NCBI GenBank assembly: GCA_965213705.1
Contig: OZ243913.1
Location: forward strand, 3,872,001-3,936,000
From: Trueperaceae bacterium
Lineage (GTDB): Bacteria; Deinococcota; Deinococci; Deinococcales; Trueperaceae
DNA: 64,000 nucleotides
Direction of reading: 5' to 3'
The first letter of the stretch is position 1. Each line of letters opens with the position of its first letter. The notes beneath the pieces are model-generated. The model was not told the origin of the DNA. It saw only the letters and a program-made list of their open reading frames with translations, and searched no databases. A program made the translations under genes and the position numbers. Shown here piece by piece: positions 9,706 through 20,069 of this stretch.

Positions 9706-10668
9706 TCAGACGGCCTCTTCGGAGTCAGTGTACACGTCTTCGTAGGTGTCGGCCTCCGACTTTTGGGGGGCGGCGACGCGGAGCGCGTTGTAGATGTCCG
9801 TGTCGGCGGGCTCGAGCCCGTGGAGCAGCGCCAAGTACGCCGCGACCCACTGGCCTGCGTACCACAGCACCAGGGCCTGCGTGCCCGCGTCTTTCGGCGC
9901 GGTGCCCACGCCGCCGAAGGGCAGCGCGAGGCGTTCGATTTGCGCGACGCGCGTCCCCAACAGTTCGACGGCGAGCGCGGTTTCCTCGTCTTCATCACCC
10001 AGTACCAGCCCGACCACGTCGTCACCTAGCGAATGACGGCTTTCAAAAGCCCCGGCGAGGGTCTCGAGCGGGTGCTCGCCGACGGTGATAGCGAGGGACT
10101 TGCCCGTGCGTGCAAAGACCCGCTGAAGTAAGTCGGTCAGTCCCGCTTGAGGCTTGCTCGCCACCAGCAACGGCACCCGGTTCCACAAGCTCCAAGCGAG
10201 GGTTTTGGCCGGGTTGCGGGCCGTTTCGACCTCGGGGCGCATGACGGCGGCAAGCTCGAGCATCGTTCGGTTCGCCGCGGCGAGGTCGTCGCCGTGTCCG
10301 GTCGCGTAGGCCAAGTAACTCGCGTAGGTGTAAAAGCTGAGGCTGTCGGGGCCGACGAACAAGCTCGGTTCGTGAAGGCCGTGCCCCAAAGTCACCACTT
10401 CCGCCCCGGCAAGTTCGGTACTTACCTTGAGCGGTGCGGCGTCGCCGTAGTCGAAACCGCCGCTTAAAATGAACTGCGTGCCGGAGAGCACCAGCGGCGC
10501 GTCTACCCAACTGCGAAACACGCCCGGCAAGCTCGAGGCCTCCCCGAAGGCCATCAGGCCATACGGTTCATCGCGCAGCCCGTCCGGCCCGTCGTAAGAG
10601 CCGGGCAGCGCGGCGAGGGCGGTCAGAAATTCGTGGTTTACGGATAAGGTGTCTGTCGTGTCCATCAT
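9706..10668 (-). CDS. SIS-domain / PGI-PMI-like protein
   Basis: RNPAKTLAWSLWNRVP and YLALLHGLEP resemble the bifunctional PGI/PMI C-terminal domain. Confidence 0.65.
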   Translation of the reverse strand: MMDTTDTLSVNHEFLTALAALPGSYDGPDGLRDEPYGLMAFGEASSLPGVFRSWVDAPLVLSGTQFILSGGFDYGDAAPLKVSTELAGAEVVTLGHGLHEPSLFVGPDSLSFYTYASYLAYATGHGDDLAAANRTMLELAAVMRPEVETARNPAKTLAWSLWNRVPLLVASKPQAGLTDLLQRVFARTGKSLAITVGEHPLETLAGAFESRHSLGDDVVGLVLGDEDEETALAVELLGTRVAQIERLALPFGGVGTAPKDAGTQALVLWYAGQWVAAYLALLHGLEPADTDIYNALRVAAPQKSEADTYEDVYTDSEEAV

Positions 10669-10723
10669 GGCTCAAGTTTAGCCCGCGTGATACGGGATAA
10701 CTTTTGATTGGAGTACAGGAAAA

Positions 10724-10755
10724 AAGTACCGAGGACCGAGTGGAAAGTACCGAGT
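10724..10755. repeat. 32-bp direct repeat, copy 2
   Basis: Identical to 9586-9617. Confidence 0.9.
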
Positions 10756-10771
10756 AAAGACCGGGGGGTTC

Positions 10772-12022
10772 TCAGGCCTTTGCCAGCCGAAAGCCGATGT
10801 CGTGGCGGTAGTGCGCGCCTACGAAGTCGATTTTTTCAACCGTTTCGTAAGCCGCTTCGACGGCCTCGAGCAGTGTGTCGGCCACAGCCGTAACACCGAG
10901 GACGCGGCCGCCGCTCGAGACAAGCGCTCCGTCTTTCAGGGCCGTGCCCGCGTGGAGAATGTTCACGCCGTCTAGCAAATGCGCGGGTAGAACGATGGGG
11001 ATGTTTTTTTCGTAGTCCCCCGGATAACCCGGAGCCGCCAGCACGACGCAAGCCGCCGACTTTTCGGACCATTCAAGCTCGAGCCCGTCCAGCCGCTCCT
11101 CGACCACCGCCAGCAGCACGTCCACAAGGTCGGTCTCCAGCAACGGCAACACCACCTGCGTCTCCGGGTCGCCGAAGCGGGCGTTGTATTCCAGCACTTT
11201 GACGTCGTCGCCCTCAACCATCAACCCGATGTAAAGCACGCCCTTGTAGACGATGTTTTCGGCCCTCAAACCGGCAAGCGTCCGTTCGACGATGTTTTTT
11301 GTAACGTGCTCGAGCTGCGCGCTACTCAGCAAAGCGACCGGGGCGACCGTGCCCATGCCACCGGTCATCGGGCCGGCGTCGCCGTCGAAAGCTTGTTTGT
11401 AGTCCTGCGCGAGCGGCATCATTCGGTAGGTCTCGCCGTCGGTGAACATCAGCAGACTCACCTCTTGGCCGTTCAAGAAGTCCTCGAGGACGATTTCGCC
11501 GCCCTCGGGGGCTTCCAGGATATTTTCTATGGCGGCTCGGGCCGCCTCTTTCGTCTCCGCAATCGTTACACCCTTGCCCGCCGCTAAGTTCGAGTCTTTG
11601 ACGACGATGGGAAGCGTCGCGTTCGCGAGGTACGCCAGAGCTTGCACTACATCTGTAAAGCTCGCGTGTTCAGCGGTAGAAATCTCGTGCCGTTTCATAA
11701 ACGCTTTGGAAAAACTTTTTGAGCCCTCGAGCTGCGCCGCCATCCGGTTCGGCCCGAACGCGCGCAGGCCCGCCGCCGCGAACGCGTCCACCACGCCTGC
11801 CACGAGCGCCTTTTCCGGCCCGACGACGGTGAGGTCGACGGCGTGTGCCTGGGCAAGCTCGAGCAGTGAAGCGTTTGACAAGTCGGTGTCCAAACAGGTT
11901 GCAACTTCAGCAATCCCGGCGTTGCCCGGCGCGCAGTAAACCTCGGTCACCTGCGGCGAGCGCGCCAGCGCCTTGACGAGCGCGTGCTCGCGGCCGCCCC
12001 CGCCGACGACGAGGATGTTCAC
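10772..12022 (-). CDS. purD: Phosphoribosylamine--glycine ligase
   Basis: [39 protein letters not shown]. Confidence 0.97.
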   Translation of the reverse strand: MNILVVGGGGREHALVKALARSPQVTEVYCAPGNAGIAEVATCLDTDLSNASLLELAQAHAVDLTVVGPEKALVAGVVDAFAAAGLRAFGPNRMAAQLEGSKSFSKAFMKRHEISTAEHASFTDVVQALAYLANATLPIVVKDSNLAAGKGVTIAETKEAARAAIENILEAPEGGEIVLEDFLNGQEVSLLMFTDGETYRMMPLAQDYKQAFDGDAGPMTGGMGTVAPVALLSSAQLEHVTKNIVERTLAGLRAENIVYKGVLYIGLMVEGDDVKVLEYNARFGDPETQVVLPLLETDLVDVLLAVVEERLDGLELEWSEKSAACVVLAAPGYPGDYEKNIPIVLPAHLLDGVNILHAGTALKDGALVSSGGRVLGVTAVADTLLEAVEAAYETVEKIDFVGAHYRHDIGFRLAKA

Positions 12023-12648
12023 GCTGCCACCTCTCTATAAACAATTTCTCCTGTTAAAACTCGCCTCGCAGCCTCGGGGTAGGCGCGGTGTTCCTCGGTC
12101 AGAATGCGCGCTGACAAGGTCTCTTCGGTGTCGCCTGGCAAAACGGGCACGCGCCGCTGCAAAATGACCGGGCCGCTGTCCACGCCCGCGTCGACGAAAT
12201 GCACCGTGCAGCCCGACTCGCTCACGCCCGCACACAACGCCTGCCGCTGCGGGTGCAAACCCGGAAACGCGGGCAGCAGCGACGGGTGGATATTGAGAAT
12301 GTGCCCACGCCAGCGCGCGTTGAAGTCACTCGAGAGCAAACGCATAAAACCAGCCAAACAGACGAGGTCGATGTGTTGGTGCTCGAGCCTCTTCCCCACC
12401 GCCGCCTCGAATAGCGCGCGGCCCCGGCTATCGGCGTCGTGTTTTCTGGCCGGAAAAGGATGGTGAAAGGTGGCGACGCCGCAGGCTGAGGCTTTCTCTA
12501 AAGCCAGCGCATGAACGACATCACTCACGACCAGCGCGACCTCGGCAAGTTCGTCACCCGCCGGAAACGCCCGCAACAGCGCGTCCAGGTTCGAGCCACG
12601 GCCCGAGGCGAAAACGGCCAGTCGGGCGGGGCGGTTTAAAGGGAACAC
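12019..12648 (-). CDS. purN: Phosphoribosylglycinamide formyltransferase
   Basis: [39 protein letters not shown]. Confidence 0.97.
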   Translation of the reverse strand: MFPLNRPARLAVFASGRGSNLDALLRAFPAGDELAEVALVVSDVVHALALEKASACGVATFHHPFPARKHDADSRGRALFEAAVGKRLEHQHIDLVCLAGFMRLLSSDFNARWRGHILNIHPSLLPAFPGLHPQRQALCAGVSESGCTVHFVDAGVDSGPVILQRRVPVLPGDTEETLSARILTEEHRAYPEAARRVLTGEIVYREVAA

Positions 12649-12787
12649 AGTAGGAGTTTAACGCGATTTCTCAAGTGTGGAGCGGAGCCGGGGCGGCTCG
12701 CCCCTCGCCTGTTCTCGCCAACTCATACCGAATCAGCCTGTACACTTTCGCAAGCTGGCCGCCTTGACTTTTGCTCGCTCCGCGCAG

Positions 12788-12814
12788 GTTAAACCGTTAG
12801 GTGACGGTTTAACC
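12788..12814. terminator. Hairpin downstream of lipoprotein cluster
   Basis: GGTTAAACCGT-taggtg-ACGGTTTAACC perfect 11-bp stem. Confidence 0.55.
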
Positions 12815-12822
12815 AAGCGGTA

Positions 12823-13363
12823 TCAGAACAACTTGTTTACACTAAAAAAGTAGCGTTCACCGACCGAACTCTGGAGCAGTTCACCCCTGAAAAAATCTGT
12901 GTCCAGCCAAGCGTCTCCGAACTTGCCTCCCGCTTCAAGTAACCACCCTACTTCACCCCGGTGTTCGGCGGCCGCCAACAGTCCCTGCGCGGGCGGGGCT
13001 TGCCTTTGGGGCTCTACCTCGGCCTGGGGCCGGTAGTTGTAGGTGCAGCTCCCCGTCACCTGCCCCTGCAAGCTCAGCGGCGTCTCTTCCGCCAGCTGAT
13101 AAGGTGCCCGAGACGCTGTACTCGTTTTTGTCAATGTAGCTCGACTCGAGTTCAAAACGCAGCGGCGTTCTCTCCTCTTTAGCGGGATAGTCGTCCACCC
13201 AACCTTCGAACGTGCCGCTGAGCGCGACCTTGCTAAAAGGTACCCCTTGTGGATGGCAGTCGTCGAGCAAGCGGCCGATAACCAGTGCTCCGAAGAGGCC
13301 GCAAGACGAGAGGACGAAAGGGAAAAGCAAACAGGCGGTCACGATACGAATCCGTGTAAGCAT
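12823..13363 (-). pseudogene. Frameshifted lipoprotein
   Basis: Lipobox LSSC; removing one base at 13101-13102 joins ...EYSVSGT to YQLAEETPLSLQGQVTGSC... into one ORF. Confidence 0.65.
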
Positions 13364-13411
13364 CAGGGTCTCCTTACGGGGGGCCGCGCGGCCCCTTTTT
13401 CAAACTGGTTT

Positions 13412-14652
13412 TCAGTTGCACTGCCCAGACGCGTTGGGGTCGGACCTGAAAATGGGCGTCATAGCGGAGCAGCCGGGGCCGGAAGCTTTCACGTCACCGC
13501 CGCCGTCAAACAAAAGTCCGTACTGCGCCCCCGAGTGTGCGAGCCCGTCGCCTAAAAACACGGTCGCGGCGGGCGGCTGGTTGCCGAAAAACGTCATCAA
13601 GGTGATGCTCGCCGTTTTGTCCGAGTTGTTCGAGCTTGCCATCGTGCTGCTGCCGGTACCCAAGAATGACGTGTGCGTGAACGAGGCCGCGCCGTCGTAG
13701 ACCAACACGCCTTGCCACGCCGTGCCCGCTTCGTTCTTCAGAGCGACGGGTTTTTCTTCGGTGCCTGCGGTCGTCAAGGCGCCACCCTCAAGAACGGACA
13801 GGCCGACGTCGTTTTGGAATTCGACCTGTACCCCCGCCTCGAGCGTCAGCTTGTTCTCGTTTTCGACGGTCAAGTCGGGTCGGCTCGACGTCTCCAAGAC
13901 GAGCCAAGGCGTACCGCCAAGGGCCTGCCAGCTCACATCCCCGACGACCTGACTGTACCGGGGGTTTATATAAACCCTGTCGTCGCCGTTGCCCGTGTAG
14001 CTGTTAGTGGCGAGCAGGTAGTGGGCCGCTTGTGTGTCGGTGTAGACCGGGGCGAGGGCGTTCGCGCTCAAGGTGTTGCCGCTAAAGTTGGGGAGGGTCG
14101 CATTATAGTAAACGAACAAACCGTAGCCCGCGCTCTCCCGCAGCGTGCTGTTGCGCATCGTAAGCGTGTTGTCGCCCTCAACAGCGAGGTTTGCGGGCGC
14201 GGTGTAGTTGGACGAGGTCAGGTCGCGACTTCCGCCGTACTCAACGGTCACGTGTTCCAGCGCGGCGGTCGCGGTGCCGCCCAGCGAAAGGCCCGCCCAG
14301 TACCCTCTGGACGCATTCGTGCCGGTCAGGATAATGGGCTTCTCGGCGGTGCCCACGGCGACTAGCTTGCCCGACTCGCGTACAAGGAGCGCGCGCCCCT
14401 CCTCGAACGCCACCACGACGCCCGGCTCTATTGTCAGGGTTCCGGCCCGCACCTCGATGTTGTAGGTAAACGCGAACACGTCTTTAGCAACGTAAAGGTT
14501 TCGCCCACCGCCAAGGTGCTCTGCGCGGGCGGCGCGATGGTGACCGAGCGCACGCCGCCCTCTTCCAGGCCCCCACAGGAGGCGGCGGTCAGGAGCAAGA
14601 CGAGAAAGTTGAGGGTAACGAAGCTGATGAGCTTTGTTGCTTTTGAAAACAT
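13412..14652 (-). pseudogene. Disrupted lipoprotein (Ig-like start plus right-handed beta-helix)
   Basis: Lipobox AASC and Big_2-like VRSVTIAPP..LAVGETFTL in one frame; TLTIEPGV..F, AVGTAEKPIILTG..WAGL beta-helix in another; junction about 14480-14495. Confidence 0.65.
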
Positions 14653-14700
14653 GGCGGTTCCTTTCGGGGTGAGGCGGGAAGGTTCCCGCCTCTGAGGGAT

Positions 14701-17172
14701 TTAGAACTCGGCGCAGACGCCGTCTTGAATATTGAGAAAAGCCAAAACTTCTCCGGTTTGGGCGTTTTTATAGCGGTAGCCCGGACCGCAGACGCGGCCT
14801 TCGCCGCTCGGTTTAGTCTCCGAACCGGTTGTGGTAACGAAGGTGTTGCCGTGCAAGTAGAGAACAGGAGAGCCGGGGCCTCCAGAACGGACGTCCCTGA
14901 TAGCCCAGTCGGTCCCGCTCGCGTTGCGAAAGGTGTTACCGCCGGGCTCCGACACCGTTCCCAAATCCAGACCTGTCGGGGTGCCAGAGAGATAGAGGTT
15001 GTTCCCCCCGCTGTTTTCCAATATCACATCTCTAAGCCTGAGCGACTTACCCGCAAACCAGACGCCGCTGGCGTCGTTGGCGGAACTGTTCATCCCGTCC
15101 GAAGCGATAAGCGTGGTGCCACCCTGAACGTTAATACCTACTGCGCTCTGGGTGTAACTACCTCCCTCGAGGATGACCGTTTTCGAAGTTTCTGCGTACA
15201 GCGCGTGACTCGTCGCTTTACTCGACGTTACCCTGCGAAGAAGCGCATCGGCGTCACCCAGCACAACGACACCGTTTGAGTTCGAGCCGAAGGTACTGTC
15301 TTCAGCAGTCGCGCGAAGATTGCCGCTCAGATACAAACCAGCGTTGTCCAGGGTACTTCCAGAAGAACGACGTCCTGCATCTTCCGACGTAACGCCTCGC
15401 ATTGTCAGAACGCCCGAAACAACCTTGATGTTGCTAAGGCCGCTACTTTCTACAACGACATTTTTCAGTTCGCTACCGGGGCGCACGCTCTTCATGTCGA
15501 AGCCGTGGGTAGCGCTGTAGGTAACGCTCGAGTCCTGCACCTCGAACAAGCTGCGGTAGGTTTTTATGCCGGTGCCGTTGTTGCTAAAGGTGCTCCCGGA
15601 AACAAAAGCCGACCTGGGGTCTTGGACGATGGACAGGTTCAGCCCCGTCACGTTGTCGTTTATGACCGATTTCACCAAGTTGAGTTTGGCACCAAGTATA
15701 GAAACGCCGTACTCGAAGCCGCTGATGTCGCAGCCCGTTAGGTTGACGTCACCGCCGACCTGCTCACCAAAGGCCACGTTCACACCGCGCCCCGCCCCCT
15801 TGCCGACGAAGACCGAGTCTTGCGCCGTCACGCGGCCACCCAAAGAGGCCACGCAAATGTCGCTCTTCGCGCAACTTACGTATCGCATGACGAGTTCGCT
15901 GTCAACATCGAGGTCGAGCACCGTCGCGCCGCCTGTAACGCTCAAGTCGAGCAGGGTCAGTTTGGCTCCGTCGAGTTTTAAGAAGGCTTGACCGTCAAGC
16001 TCGAGCACCGTATCCGTTTGCGACGCGCCGACAATTTGCAGGTCTTGTTCGAGCGTGTAGCCGAAGGGTTCGTCCCCACCCTGCGCGTAGGTTCCGGCCC
16101 CGAGCGAAACGCGCGTGACGCTGCCGCCCGCGGCCAGCTCGAGCGCCCGCTTGAGGGTGCGCAGCGGTCTGGCCTCGGCCCCAGTGTTGCCGTCGTCACC
16201 GTCGGGGCTGACAAACAGCGTGCCGGTGGGCTGGAGGCTCGTAACCTCGACGCTGACGCGGTCTTGCGAGCTTAAAGACCCGTCCGAGACGGTCAGTTCG
16301 GCGGTGTAGCCGCCCGGAGCGTCCGCCGTAAATGTGGGGCTCGCCGTGTCCGCGCCGGTCAGTGCGGGCGCGTCGGCGCTGTTCTGCTCGGGCCAGGTCA
16401 GCCACGTCCAGGTGTAGGTCAAGGTGTTGCCATCGAGGTCTGAAGAACCGCTTCCGTCCAAAGTCACGGTCGCACCCTCTTGCACGACTTGGCTCGAGCC
16501 CGCCTCGGCGACGGGGGGTCGGTTGGTCGCGTTCGGGGCTCGAGCCGTCACCGTGACGGTGTCGCTGGCGCTGTTTACGCCGTCCGAAACGGTAAGGTTC
16601 GCCGTGTAGACGCCTTCGAGGTCGGCGGTGAAGCTCGGCGTGACGCGCGAGGCGTCTGAAAGGGCCGCTGCGCTGCCCGAAGGTGCTTGAAGCGTCCAAG
16701 CATAGGTCAGGGTTTCTTTTTCGGGGTCCGAAGAGGCCGAAGCGTCGAGGGTGACGGTCGCGCCTGTTTCTACGGTTTGCTCTAAACCTGCGTCGGCGCG
16801 GGGGGCGCGGTTTTGCGGTCCGCTCACGTTGACCAAGAGGCTGTCGCTGGCGGACAGTTCTCCGTCGGAAACGGTCACCGTAATTTCAAAGGTACCGACC
16901 ATGTCCGGGGTGAAGGTCGCCCTCACCGTGTCGCCGCTCAGACTCACGCCGCTGCCGTCCGGCTTTTTGGCGAGTTTCCAGGCGTAGCTCAGGGCGTCGC
17001 CGTCGGGGTCGGAGGAAGCGCTGGCGTCGAGTTGGACGGTCGTGTTCAGAGCGACGCTTTGGTCCGCACCGGCGACGGCCTGCGGTGCGACGTTGGGGGA
17101 GGGCACGGCGGGGCAGGCGACGAGGAGGAAGAGGAGGGGGAGGATGAATCCTATAGCTTTCAGCTGTTTCAT
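14701..17172 (-). CDS. Large lipoprotein: three PKD/REJ-like domains, DUF1565-like segment, beta-helix
   Basis: AGGAGG RBS, lipobox LVAC, 3x N..P.A.AG..Q.V..G.TV.LD.S.SSD, FVSPDGDDGNTG...PLRTL. Confidence 0.88.
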   Translation of the reverse strand: MKQLKAIGFILPLLFLLVACPAVPSPNVAPQAVAGADQSVALNTTVQLDASASSDPDGDALSYAWKLAKKPDGSGVSLSGDTVRATFTPDMVGTFEITVTVSDGELSASDSLLVNVSGPQNRAPRADAGLEQTVETGATVTLDASASSDPEKETLTYAWTLQAPSGSAAALSDASRVTPSFTADLEGVYTANLTVSDGVNSASDTVTVTARAPNATNRPPVAEAGSSQVVQEGATVTLDGSGSSDLDGNTLTYTWTWLTWPEQNSADAPALTGADTASPTFTADAPGGYTAELTVSDGSLSSQDRVSVEVTSLQPTGTLFVSPDGDDGNTGAEARPLRTLKRALELAAGGSVTRVSLGAGTYAQGGDEPFGYTLEQDLQIVGASQTDTVLELDGQAFLKLDGAKLTLLDLSVTGGATVLDLDVDSELVMRYVSCAKSDICVASLGGRVTAQDSVFVGKGAGRGVNVAFGEQVGGDVNLTGCDISGFEYGVSILGAKLNLVKSVINDNVTGLNLSIVQDPRSAFVSGSTFSNNGTGIKTYRSLFEVQDSSVTYSATHGFDMKSVRPGSELKNVVVESSGLSNIKVVSGVLTMRGVTSEDAGRRSSGSTLDNAGLYLSGNLRATAEDSTFGSNSNGVVVLGDADALLRRVTSSKATSHALYAETSKTVILEGGSYTQSAVGINVQGGTTLIASDGMNSSANDASGVWFAGKSLRLRDVILENSGGNNLYLSGTPTGLDLGTVSEPGGNTFRNASGTDWAIRDVRSGGPGSPVLYLHGNTFVTTTGSETKPSGEGRVCGPGYRYKNAQTGEVLAFLNIQDGVCAEF

Positions 17173-17185
17173 GGTGCCCGCCCTC

Positions 17186-19564
17186 CTATCCATAGATAAT
17201 GGAGACAAAGAAAGAGACGATACTTTCTTTGCTGCGCCCTTGGTCGTCAGTGACTCGTACGCGAAGTTTGACTTCGTGGCCTTTTCCGTCGACAAAGGTT
17301 GCCGCAACAATGTCATCTGTGTCGAACACCGCGTCCAGCGTCCGGCCGCTGCCGAGGGGTTGCCAGGTGGACTTGCCCGCCAACTGGAAAGACCAGACAA
17401 TGTCGCTGTCCGCCACACTGCTTGAGTCAACAAAAGCGGCCATACTGAGTGTTTGCTCACCATCAGACCATATAAACTCTTGGTTAGACACAGGATCAGT
17501 GATGACGACGCCCGGCGGATAACCACCTGGGGCGGGCGCTGTGACGGTGACTGTCACCGTCTTGGTCGCAGTGATTGGCGCTGCGCCGCTGTCCGTGTAG
17601 CTAGCGGTAATCGCTTTTTGCCCCTGCGCAAGGATTTTTGACAGGATGCCTGCGCCTACGCCGCTTGTACCGTCCTCGACAGACCACTCGATAAGGCGAC
17701 TGTTCGCATTTTTTCCCGTAAAGTCTTTGCAGGTTGGGTCGCTGACGCTGGCGCGCAGCTCAAACGGCTGACCCTCGCCGACGCTCGTGGTGGGTACCTC
17801 TTCAAGGGTCAACTCCGGCGCACGGTTTGTAACGTTCACCGTCACCTTGTCTTCGGTCGTTTGCCCTCTATTGTCCGTCGCGCGTACCGTGAGCGTGCGG
17901 TTACCGGGGCAAAGCGCACGGTAGCCGCTAGCCCCGCCGTCTACAGGTATTGGGTTGATGAGGTCACCCAACCGCTGTCCAGCTTCGTCGAACCACGCGA
18001 CCTCGAGGGGAAGTCCTTCCGGGTCGAGCGCATCAATCGTAAAGTCGATAGCCTCGGCCTCAAGAAAGCTCGCTCCGTCTTTAGGCGAGGTGATGTCGAC
18101 GCTGGGCGGCAGGTTCTCGGCGCACTTGATAAGTTCGCGCTTTTCGGTGAACACCTTGTCGTACTCGGACAACTCACCGATAACCGGCAGTTGCACGCGG
18201 TAGCCGTAAGAGGCGTTGTAACCGCCGTAAACGCACCAGGTGGGGTCGCGCGGGAAGGCGGCGTCGCCCTCGACGAAGAGCCGCGCAGTGAGGGTGCCCG
18301 CTGCTGTCGGCGCGCTGTAAAGACCGACGGCTAAGCGCGCGCCCGTGTAGGCCCTGGCCGACGCGCTTCCTTCCAAACCCGGCCTGGGCACGTCGCTCGT
18401 GGCGCTCGGCGTCCAGATGTCTTGCCAACCCTTCGCTTTGGTGTAGCGCGCGCCCACGTCGAGCGAGGCGTTCTGGGTCGCGGTAGCCAACATCCTGCCG
18501 CCCACCTCGCCGTAAGCCCCAACAAAAATTTCTATGTCTACGTCGATGACGACCGGCACGGGACCGATAAAGAAGGTGTGAGTCGCCACGTCGATAACGG
18601 CGAGCGTGGTCTCGTCTTTGAAACTGTAGTCGCCCACGGCGCTCAGGGTGGTGTCGACCTGCTCCTCTAGCAGCACGCTCACCTCGAACACGTCTACAAA
18701 CGGCTCGGGCGGCAAAATGCCGTCCCAATCTATGTTCACCACGAGGTCCAGCGTCGCGTTGAAGCTGAAGGTGCCGCTCAGGGTGATGTCCAGCGGGTCG
18801 GCGTCCAGCAAGACTTCGTTGAAGTTGTAGGAAAAGTCGAAACCCGCCGCCTGCGTCGCCACCACGCCCGGCAGGGCGTTCTGCGGCGCTGCGCCGTCAG
18901 GCTTGAGCCGCGCGCTGAAGCTCCCTTGCGCTCGCGTCACGGCGTCGGTGAGTTGGGCTTGCTCGGCCTCGAGCACCACCCCGCCACCCTCGTTGCGCTT
19001 AGAAACGACCTTGCGCAGAAAGCCGCTCGGGGCCGCGCCCGCTATGGGTTCGCTCACCAGCACGTCGCCGGGCTCCAACTGGGCCAGCAGCGGCGTCTCG
19101 GCGCTGAAGCGCAGCGTGCCGTCGCTCTCAAAAGCGCTCAAGCTCCGTTTGGTCGCCTCGTCGGTGACGTGGGTGGTGTCGGGGATGACGGCGGCTGTCG
19201 GCGTGGCGCTCTGGGCAGCGGTCTGGGCCGACTCGTTGCCGGCCACGTCTTTCGCGGTCAGGGCGAAAAAGTAGGTGCGACCGTTTTGCAGCCCCGATAC
19301 TGTATAGCTCGTAGCATCTTTGTCGGTAGTGGCAATGGCCGTAAGGGCCGCCACAGCCTCGCCTTGATAGACGCTGTAACCTGCCAAGTCCTCTTCGGCG
19401 TTGGCGTCCCACGACAGCAGCACCTGGCCGTCCGCAGCGCGGGCGCTGAAGTTTTGGGGCGTTTCGGGCGCTTGCGTGTCGCCGGGCTGTCCACCCCCGT
19501 TGCAGGCGACGACGAACAAAAGTAAGGTCGAAGCGATGATGCTTTTTACAACACTCAATCTCAT
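17186..19564 (-). CDS. Large lipoprotein with fibronectin type III and Ig-like domains
   Basis: AGGAG RBS, lipobox VVAC, FN3 (LSWDAN.E.DL.GY...GLQNG.TY.F..TA.D.AGNES), C-terminal PP.V.ITSP Ig-like modules. Confidence 0.88.
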   Translation of the reverse strand: MRLSVVKSIIASTLLLFVVACNGGGQPGDTQAPETPQNFSARAADGQVLLSWDANAEEDLAGYSVYQGEAVAALTAIATTDKDATSYTVSGLQNGRTYFFALTAKDVAGNESAQTAAQSATPTAAVIPDTTHVTDEATKRSLSAFESDGTLRFSAETPLLAQLEPGDVLVSEPIAGAAPSGFLRKVVSKRNEGGGVVLEAEQAQLTDAVTRAQGSFSARLKPDGAAPQNALPGVVATQAAGFDFSYNFNEVLLDADPLDITLSGTFSFNATLDLVVNIDWDGILPPEPFVDVFEVSVLLEEQVDTTLSAVGDYSFKDETTLAVIDVATHTFFIGPVPVVIDVDIEIFVGAYGEVGGRMLATATQNASLDVGARYTKAKGWQDIWTPSATSDVPRPGLEGSASARAYTGARLAVGLYSAPTAAGTLTARLFVEGDAAFPRDPTWCVYGGYNASYGYRVQLPVIGELSEYDKVFTEKRELIKCAENLPPSVDITSPKDGASFLEAEAIDFTIDALDPEGLPLEVAWFDEAGQRLGDLINPIPVDGGASGYRALCPGNRTLTVRATDNRGQTTEDKVTVNVTNRAPELTLEEVPTTSVGEGQPFELRASVSDPTCKDFTGKNANSRLIEWSVEDGTSGVGAGILSKILAQGQKAITASYTDSGAAPITATKTVTVTVTAPAPGGYPPGVVITDPVSNQEFIWSDGEQTLSMAAFVDSSSVADSDIVWSFQLAGKSTWQPLGSGRTLDAVFDTDDIVAATFVDGKGHEVKLRVRVTDDQGRSKESIVSFFVSIIYG

Positions 19565-20000
19565 CGGGTAGCTCCTAAACTGTGGTTTGAAGTGAATCAA
19601 AGTCGGTTGTTAGTCGGGTGGATAGTCCTGTCGGCAAAACCGTCAGTGAACCGAAGCGCGGTGAAAAAGCGTTTGAGAATTGAAAGTCGAAATCGACCAG
19701 CGTGAAGCTGGCGCTCTACCGCAAAAAGTTACCTGGCGCTGAACGCTCGACCCTGCGCACGGAACGCCGTTGTGCCTAGCAGCAGGTTGTGCTCGGCTGT
19801 CGTCAAACTAACGAGATGCTGATTGGGTGACGTCTGAGCTGTGCGACCGGCTCATGACCGTCCGCCGTTTTTAGCTCACGACACACGTGTGCGGCCTGCC
19901 GTCTTCGTTACGGCCATCGGTACATCGACCCCTCCTCCCACAACCCCTCTTGCACACTTTTCTCATCGACCAGGTAGGCCCAAGTTACTTCGGGTAAGGA

Positions 20001-20031
20001 TTGACGTGCCATAGGGCATTCGCCCTATACT
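20001..20031 (+). promoter_or_regulatory. Promoter with palindromic operator upstream of LuxR-type gene
   Basis: TTGACG (20001), TATACT (20026); inverted repeat ATAGGGC-attc-GCCCTAT at 20011-20028. Confidence 0.5.
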
Positions 20032-20069
20032 TGAAGGGGGGGCTGCTCATAGCGGAGGAGGGATGGGGC

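Noticed and set aside
9586..10755. CRISPR array or IS ends suggested by the 32-bp repeats
   Set aside because: Only two copies 1.1 kb apart, no spacer pattern, no cas or transposase gene.
17173..17526. N-terminal extension of the 941-aa ORF
   Set aside because: Overlaps the upstream gene; the RBS and lipoprotein signal point to ATG 17172.
19600..20000. Small ORF or ncRNA in the long intergenic region
   Set aside because: RBS-like GGAGG leads only to very short ORFs; no recognisable RNA family.
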